This document shows positions 57,935 through 64,000 of a DNA stretch of 64,000 nt, one piece after another; the stretch's first letter is position 1; the number at the start of each line of letters is the position of its first letter. The DNA is taken from contig CAWJWJ010000002.1 of the NCBI GenBank assembly GCA_963846575.1, forward strand, positions 2,560,001 to 2,624,000. The letters run 5' to 3'. This DNA comes from an uncultured Nitrospiraceae bacterium. Its GTDB lineage: Bacteria; Nitrospirota; Nitrospiria; Nitrospirales; Nitrospiraceae. The notes beneath the pieces were generated by a model. That model was given only the letters and a program-made list of their open reading frames with translations, was not told the origin of the DNA and did not search any database. The position numbers and the translations under genes were made by a program.

Positions 57935-59245
57935 TTAGGCCGCTGCTTTCATCCGCAAACGTTCGGCAAGCTGTTGTCCCTGAGCAATCGCATCCTCCAT
58001 CGAAGTATGCTCCCACAACCCGTACCGGCCCACAGAAGAAATACCGCGTCGCTCCAGTTCGCTCAGCAATTCCTTGACGGCCGCGCCGCGATACCGGTCG
58101 AAGAGCACATAGGCGTAATGGAGATCCTTCACATCGGCCATGACGAGCTCATCGGCGCGACGGAGCACACCGGCCTGCTCCAGTCCTTTTCTGACCCGCT
58201 CGATCAATGCGGCATCCGGCTCGCGCGCCTCGGGACGATGCGAGACTTCGACATAGAGAGAACTACAACCGGACTTTCCCATGGCAGGGGAAAAATTCAT
58301 GGGAAAACCCGCGCGATAAAACGGATACCGGTGTTCGGGGAAATAGAGCCAATGTTTATCCGAAATCTCTGCTCGTGCGACGGCCAGGTTCACGTTCGAA
58401 ACGGAGACCCATCGCAGCGTCGCCGCCAGGTCTCGCATCGCCGCCGGCAAATCCACGCAGCATCGGACCAATTCAGGCAAAGGCATCGTCGAGACGATCC
58501 GTTCATAGTCTTCCGTTCGCTCGCCCTGAGCACTGCGGAAGACCGCCCGGCGTCGATTCGTCTCGATTTCCACGAGTTCGGAATCGTACGCGAGGTTCTC
58601 GATCGACGGCAGAAACGCCTCGGGCAACACCTTGATACCTCCGCTGTCGGGATAGAGAAAGGAGGGGTTATAGCCGAACGCTTTGTCCTTAATCCCCAAG
58701 GCTCCGTTGACGACATCCTTCACGTCCGGTTTCGGCACCAGCCAGGACACCCAGTCCGACGTCAGTTCATCAAGGGGCACCTGCCACAGCTTTTCGTTGA
58801 ACGGGACCATAAAGTGGCGGGCGATGCCCTCGCCCAGACTATCGATGATCCACTGCTTGAACGATCGGTCTTCACCCGCAGGGTTGGAAGAGGGGTTCGA
58901 CAACGTGGCGATGAAGCCCAACAAACATTCCCGCACCACCTCGGGCGGGAGCCCATACGTATTCACTTGGAACGGGTACTCGGTATAGGTGTCATGCGAG
59001 TACACGTAGGACTTTCGCGCATGACGCCGAAGTTGCGTCGGCAGCAGACGCTCGACGAGCGCCTTGATGGCCGTTTGCCTGAAGTGGAGCAGATGCCCGG
59101 TGTAATCGAAGGTAAAACCGTCTTTGACGTATGACCGACAGAGTCCGCCAACTTCTCGTTCACGCTCCAGAATCTTGTACGGCACTCCGCGCAAATGATA
59201 GGCCGTGCTCAATCCCGCCAACCCAGCCCCGACGATGAGAATCAT
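57935..59245 (-). CDS. FAD-dependent oxidoreductase (UDP-galactopyranose mutase/protoporphyrinogen oxidase-like)
   Basis: GAGLAGLS, GGLCRS, FDYTGHLLH, FLYP..GG, GRYGLWEHTSME; lies in a glycan cluster. Confidence 0.8.
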   Translation of the reverse strand: MILIVGAGLAGLSTAYHLRGVPYKILEREREVGGLCRSYVKDGFTFDYTGHLLHFRQTAIKALVERLLPTQLRRHARKSYVYSHDTYTEYPFQVNTYGLPPEVVRECLLGFIATLSNPSSNPAGEDRSFKQWIIDSLGEGIARHFMVPFNEKLWQVPLDELTSDWVSWLVPKPDVKDVVNGALGIKDKAFGYNPSFLYPDSGGIKVLPEAFLPSIENLAYDSELVEIETNRRRAVFRSAQGERTEDYERIVSTMPLPELVRCCVDLPAAMRDLAATLRWVSVSNVNLAVARAEISDKHWLYFPEHRYPFYRAGFPMNFSPAMGKSGCSSLYVEVSHRPEAREPDAALIERVRKGLEQAGVLRRADELVMADVKDLHYAYVLFDRYRGAAVKELLSELERRGISSVGRYGLWEHTSMEDAIAQGQQLAERLRMKAAA

Positions 59246-60297
59246 AAAGCGCCGGTCCTTTCTACGGGGCGGGAAGCCGCCTCACTCTGCATTCCGGGAA
59301 CTCCCGCCGACACATTGAGTCGAGTCAACGCCGCAGCCGCCGCTGCCAGACAAACCATCGTCGCACCGCTCAACATCACGGCGAGGTTCTGGGGCACGGT
59401 CATGACGAGGAGACCGATGCCGCCCAGGAATGCAGCCCCGAGATAACTGATCACGACGACTTGTGTGACCGACAGACCCCAATGGCGTAACCGAATGGCC
59501 ATATGATCTGGACTGCCCAGAAATACGGGCAGACCGCGCAGGAAGCGGATGTACATCACGAACAGCGTATCGAAAATCGGCATGCCCAGGATCAGTACCG
59601 GCGTCAACAGGGAAACGGAATGGCCTTCCGTGTACTTCCCGATCATGGACAACGCCCCCAGCATCAAGCCGATGAACATAGCCCCGGAATCTCCCATATA
59701 GATTGAGGCCGGCCTCCAGTTGTACCGAAGGAACCCCAGCAGGCTTCCCATGAGCGCCGCCAGCATGAAGGCGATGGTCTGATCTCCATTCAGCACGGCA
59801 ACCGCGCACAGAAAGGCTGCGCTAATGACGCCGATCCCGGCCGATAAGCCATCCATGATGTCCAGGAGATTGAAGGCATTGATGATCCCGATCATCCAAA
59901 ACACGGTGAGCGCAATGTCGATCCAATCCGGAAGCGAGGCAATTTCAATACGAATACCGCTTTTGATCAGGATGAAGACCGCCAGAAACTGACCCGCGAG
60001 CTTCGTGCCCGGCGACAAGACTCCGAAATCGTCGATCAGTCCCAGCATGACGATGAGCGTTCCGGAGAGCACGATTCCGAGGACGTCGTGTCTGAATTCG
60101 AACGTGAAAGCCAAACTCACGAGAAAGGCCAGATAAATGGCGATGCCACCGAGGTAGGGCACCGGCTCACGCTGATGCTTCAGACGACCATCCGGCTTAT
60201 CCACGATGCCGAACTTTAAGGCCGCGCGGCGTGCGATCGGCACTCCATACGTCGAGAGAAGCGCGGCCACCACGAACGTGAGCGTCAGGAGGATCAT
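59242..60297 (-). CDS. wecA: MraY/WecA-family polyprenyl-phosphate HexNAc-1-phosphate transferase
   Basis: LGLIDD, NAFNLLDIMDGL, YMGDSG, multiple TM segments. Confidence 0.85.
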   Translation of the reverse strand: MILLTLTFVVAALLSTYGVPIARRAALKFGIVDKPDGRLKHQREPVPYLGGIAIYLAFLVSLAFTFEFRHDVLGIVLSGTLIVMLGLIDDFGVLSPGTKLAGQFLAVFILIKSGIRIEIASLPDWIDIALTVFWMIGIINAFNLLDIMDGLSAGIGVISAAFLCAVAVLNGDQTIAFMLAALMGSLLGFLRYNWRPASIYMGDSGAMFIGLMLGALSMIGKYTEGHSVSLLTPVLILGMPIFDTLFVMYIRFLRGLPVFLGSPDHMAIRLRHWGLSVTQVVVISYLGAAFLGGIGLLVMTVPQNLAVMLSGATMVCLAAAAAALTRLNVSAGVPGMQSEAASRPVERTGAL

Positions 60298-61433
60298 CGC
60301 CTGCCCGCCGAATGACCGGTCCCCGCCACCGGGCGGTGGTCGCGCCGGGCCATTGCATGGTCCTGTTCGCCCGGAAGGAAGGTTCGGTACACCTCAGCCA
60401 GCCGCGGGCCCCAGACGCTCAGCGAATATCGTTCTTCCACCGTCCGACGACCGGACAGTCCCATCCGTACACGCAACCGGGGTTGCCGGCAGAGCGATTC
60501 CAGGCTGTCGTACCACTCTTGCTCCGTGGAGGCGAGCAGCCCGTTGTCGCCGTTCATGATGATGTTGCTGTTGACCCCCACCGGGGAGGCCACTGCGGCC
60601 AAGCCAACAGCCATATACTGGAGCAGCTTCAGCCCGCACTTGCCCCGCGCCCATTCTGTATCCTCCAGCGGCATGACACCGATCGACGCATCCTGTAAAT
60701 CCGACACCTCCCGTTGCAGCTGCCAGAACCTGAATTCAACGTCGACACCCGGCATCCGTGGCGGCCGCGAACAGACCACCCGCAGCTTCACGTGGAATCG
60801 TGGTTGCAGCGCGCGCAGAGCCGGTGCCAGCACATCGAGATATTTCAGATTGTATGCCAATCCCATCCATACGATGGTGATGATTTCAGCTGGAGTCTCA
60901 TCGGAAACGACAGCCGCCGGCGGAATCGGGACGAAGCGGTCGGTATCCACGACGGTGGGCACGATCGAAACCCGAGGCACGAATTGTCTTGCGTAGAAGG
61001 CTAACTGCTCATTTCCCACAATCGCCCCCGTGGCCATCGAGAGCACGACCGGCAGATGGTTCTCATGGCCGCGCGTCAGATAGATTGCGTCGTCCAATTC
61101 GACCACCACTCGATACCGGAACCACCGCAACAGCCGTTCCGCGACCGGAGGCAGGTATGGAAACAGCTGGCCCTCGATCACGATCAGATCCCGCGCGCCC
61201 AGCAGAAGCAGCCTCCACAGACGCCTGAGTAGACGAGCACCGACATAGGGAACTTTCAGAACTCGGCGAAGAGCAGACGGCTGCACTGCAAGGATTTTGA
61301 AATAGGTCTCATCAAAGAGCGGATCGATTGCACAGTTGATCCCTTGAGCCTGCAAATAAGGGAGAAATTGAAAGGCGCGATAGCGACTACTCGGGCCGAT
61401 GAGGGAGCTTTTTGAGAAATACGTGACCGTCAT
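60294..61433 (-). CDS. Glycosyltransferase family 4
   Basis: SSRYR, ELDDAIY, GKCGLKLLQYMA, SPVGVN. Confidence 0.9.
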   Translation of the reverse strand: MTVTYFSKSSLIGPSSRYRAFQFLPYLQAQGINCAIDPLFDETYFKILAVQPSALRRVLKVPYVGARLLRRLWRLLLLGARDLIVIEGQLFPYLPPVAERLLRWFRYRVVVELDDAIYLTRGHENHLPVVLSMATGAIVGNEQLAFYARQFVPRVSIVPTVVDTDRFVPIPPAAVVSDETPAEIITIVWMGLAYNLKYLDVLAPALRALQPRFHVKLRVVCSRPPRMPGVDVEFRFWQLQREVSDLQDASIGVMPLEDTEWARGKCGLKLLQYMAVGLAAVASPVGVNSNIIMNGDNGLLASTEQEWYDSLESLCRQPRLRVRMGLSGRRTVEERYSLSVWGPRLAEVYRTFLPGEQDHAMARRDHRPVAGTGHSAGRR

Positions 61434-61616
61434 TGCACGTGTTTCTGCCCGGTTGTCTCACAATCGCGGTCGGCCAGGATTCATCCTGAATGAACAAATA
61501 GTACCGGAGTTCTCAGGCAAGCATAGGTTTTTCGATGTTTTGGAAGTGCAGACTGAGAGGAAACCGCGCGAGGGCATCCCGCCGGGATCCGGCTCTGCGG
61601 CCGACGGTCTGGGTCG

Positions 61617-63446
61617 TCACACTCTGCTGTCCACTGACATGCGTCGAACAAATGAGTGGTGCCATTCGGCCAACATCACGAGGGAGAACAGCAGGCGTTC
61701 ATTGGGACGACCTTCGAGCATCTCCCGTTCCACGAGTGCCACTGCCTCGGCCCCGTCGAATTCCCCGATGCCACGGAGATCGAAGTAGTCCCGCAGAGAT
61801 CCGGCCCGCCTCAGCCACTGCCGCAGCCATTCGGCCATGGGAAGGATGAATCCCTGTTTCTTTCGTTCGACGATGCTGCGAGGGAGCAACAATGCGGCGA
61901 CCTCACGGAGCGCGACCTTGCTTTGCCTCGCTGTCATACGTCGGGCCTCCGGGAGCCGGAGGGCAACCTCTACCAGCGCAGGCGCTAAAAACGGGGCACG
62001 CCCTTCAAGGCTGTTCGCCATCGCCATACGATCGAGCTTCACCAGGAGATCGTCGGGCAGCCATGTCAAAACATCGGCCAGGGTAGCCCGTTGGAGAGAA
62101 TTCCGGGTGTTCGCGAGGGCGATTCGCAGAGACTCCTCCCACGGATCAGGGTCAGGGGCATAGCCGCCGAGAAGCCGCCGTCGACCCTCTGCACCCAGGA
62201 CCAGCGGAAAGCCTGAGGGTGTGACAGGCCCTGAATTGTCACAGAGACGCTCGAACGTGGTGGCTGCCCCCCGCCCCGACACCCAGTCCTTGAAGCAGGC
62301 GCTCCACGAGCGATGGGATAACATGGTCCCGTAATATTCATAGCCCGCGAATAACTCATCGGCGCCCTCTCCCGACAGGACGACCGTCACGTGCCGTTTG
62401 GCTTCCCGACAGAGCCAATAGGTCGGAAGCAATGCCTGATCACCAAGGGGCTCATCCAGGTTCTCGACAACCGTCGGCAATAAATCGTGAAACGCCGTTT
62501 CATCGAATGTGAAATGGTGGTGGGTAGAGCCGATCGCACGGGCCACCACCTCGGCAGAGGCCGACTCATCATAGCGCGCGTCCTTAAACCCCATGGAGAA
62601 TGTGTCGATGGCAGGATGATGCTGCGCCGCGACCGCCGCCACAATCGAACTATCGATTCCGCCCGAGAGAAACACGCCCACAGGAACGTCCGCGACCAAC
62701 CGGCTTGCGACGGCAGACTGGATCCGCTCCAGCAGGATCCGTGTGTCCACTTGTTCGATCGGCGTGACGCGCGAGCTATAGTACCGCTCGTGACTGATCG
62801 TGCATGTCCGCAAGGACACGGTCAGCCGTTCACCCGGCAGGACGCGATGAACCCCTCGCAAGATCGTCCGCCTCCCCGGCACATAGTGCAGCGCTAGATA
62901 ACGATCCACGCTTCCGGCATCCATGCCGCAATCCACCCACGGTAACAGCGCCAATGCCCTGGTATTCGAACTGTAGGCAAACCGGTTGGACCCCGCACTG
63001 TAGTACAGCGGCTTTTCTCCAAACCGGTCACGCGCCAGGTGCAGCTGGTGTGTCCGCCGATCAAGAAGCGCAATTGCGTACATGCCGTCCAGCTTCGCCA
63101 GCAGACCGTCTATCCCCCAGTGCTCGTATCCGTGGGCTAAGACTTCCGTGTCACTGGCCGTTTGGAACACCACGCCCTGATGCTCTAATTCATGACGGAG
63201 TTCCACATGGTTGTAGATTTCCCCGTTCTGAAAGGCCACCACCTGGCCGTCCCGACTCAGCAGCGGCTGGCTGCCGTGCTCGACGTCGATTACGGCAAGG
63301 CGCCGCATCCCCATGACAAGGTGGCCTTCGACAAACTGTCCCGCACCATCCGGTCCGCGCGACTCCATGGTCGCCAACATGCGTCCCAACAGGCGCTGCT
63401 GGTGGTGAGGCTCGATACGGTCACATACGCCGACAATGCCGCACAC
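61617..63446 (-). CDS. asnB: Asparagine synthase (glutamine-hydrolysing)-like amidotransferase
   Basis: MCGI N-terminal Cys, RGPD, NGEIYN, RDRFGEKPLY, LSGGIDSS, SGEGADELFAGY. Confidence 0.93.
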   Translation of the reverse strand: MCGIVGVCDRIEPHHQQRLLGRMLATMESRGPDGAGQFVEGHLVMGMRRLAVIDVEHGSQPLLSRDGQVVAFQNGEIYNHVELRHELEHQGVVFQTASDTEVLAHGYEHWGIDGLLAKLDGMYAIALLDRRTHQLHLARDRFGEKPLYYSAGSNRFAYSSNTRALALLPWVDCGMDAGSVDRYLALHYVPGRRTILRGVHRVLPGERLTVSLRTCTISHERYYSSRVTPIEQVDTRILLERIQSAVASRLVADVPVGVFLSGGIDSSIVAAVAAQHHPAIDTFSMGFKDARYDESASAEVVARAIGSTHHHFTFDETAFHDLLPTVVENLDEPLGDQALLPTYWLCREAKRHVTVVLSGEGADELFAGYEYYGTMLSHRSWSACFKDWVSGRGAATTFERLCDNSGPVTPSGFPLVLGAEGRRRLLGGYAPDPDPWEESLRIALANTRNSLQRATLADVLTWLPDDLLVKLDRMAMANSLEGRAPFLAPALVEVALRLPEARRMTARQSKVALREVAALLLPRSIVERKKQGFILPMAEWLRQWLRRAGSLRDYFDLRGIGEFDGAEAVALVEREMLEGRPNERLLFSLVMLAEWHHSFVRRMSVDSRV

Positions 63447-63449
63447 GCG

Positions 63450-63998
63450 TCAGGACCTCCCTGCCGGGACCGAACGCCCATCCCCCGGCACAGGCTTCTG
63501 ACAAATCAAAAACACGAAATCCGACGGCAGCACCTTGCCCTTGATGAGCAGATCTTCCATCACAAGGATCAAGTTGACGATGGAATCGAAGTCTCGCTGT
63601 TGTTGATTGGCAAGATCGGATCTCAACAGGGGGTGCAGCTGATGGAGGAGGGTGCCGTTGTAGAATCGCTCATATCGCACGTCGAAATACTGCTTCACCA
63701 GCGGATACACCTCAGCCGATCGCACCGCCTCTGATGGATCGCACTTGAGCATGCTCTCAACCGAAGGCCGCTCGAATCTGGTCTGCGTCCCGTCTCGCAA
63801 ATAGTAGGGATCCAGCGCGGTAAGCACCTTGTTCGCGATTTCAATTTGCCGGTCCGTCCACTGAAACCTGTTCGGCCCGATGAATTCCACCACGATAAAG
63901 TAGCCCTGAGGGGCCAATGCGCGCGCCACCTTCTGCAGAAGTTCCTCCAGATTAGTCGTGTGGTGCAGCGCGCCGGTGGACAGGATCAGATCGAATGT
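63450..63998 (-). CDS. Class I SAM-dependent methyltransferase (5'-truncated by window edge)
   Basis: Frame open to the edge: FDLILSTGALHH...L.P.G, EFIGP, DPSEAVRS. Confidence 0.75.
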   Translation of the reverse strand, partial: TFDLILSTGALHHTTNLEELLQKVARALAPQGYFIVVEFIGPNRFQWTDRQIEIANKVLTALDPYYLRDGTQTRFERPSVESMLKCDPSEAVRSAEVYPLVKQYFDVRYERFYNGTLLHQLHPLLRSDLANQQQRDFDSIVNLILVMEDLLIKGKVLPSDFVFLICQKPVPGDGRSVPAGRS

Positions 63999-64000
63999 GC

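Noticed and set aside
57920..59134. 404-aa plus-strand ORF
   Set aside because: Antisense shadow of the FAD-dependent enzyme gene

Overview
A GC-rich bacterial chromosomal window of about 55 genes. Gene content suggests a Nitrospira-like organism, but this is inference and no search was run. Housekeeping and metabolic genes include gltB-gltD, a polyprenyl synthase, amgK-murU, GH57-galT, ttuB-ttuA, a sugar ABC transporter, a DnaJ/CbpA-type protein, marC, ilvD and ppk1. There is a complete four-gene ligase-associated DNA-damage operon (exonuclease, ATP-dependent ligase, Lhr helicase, PdeM) followed by ogt. The right end is the distal part of a minus-strand surface-polysaccharide cluster that runs off the window. 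I found no rRNA, intact tRNA, CRISPR array, transposase or integrase. The strongest lead is a stand-alone bacterial homologue of eukaryotic protein-arginine methyltransferases (double-E loop, THW-like loop) with a PqqD/RRE-like C-terminal tail and its own promoter. Other leads are a +1 frameshift in the DNA ligase tail that removes a beta-clamp-like motif and an ATGA coupling to lhr; several apparently leaderless sigma70 genes; a structured 416-bp intergenic region; a leader ORF coupled to an atypical DksA/TraR gene; a sigma54 promoter on a small zinc-ribbon gene; His-rich tandem repeats in a periplasmic Spy/CpxP-like protein; and a Gfo/Idh/MocA-SDR fusion in the glycan cluster. All product calls come from recognising motifs by eye.
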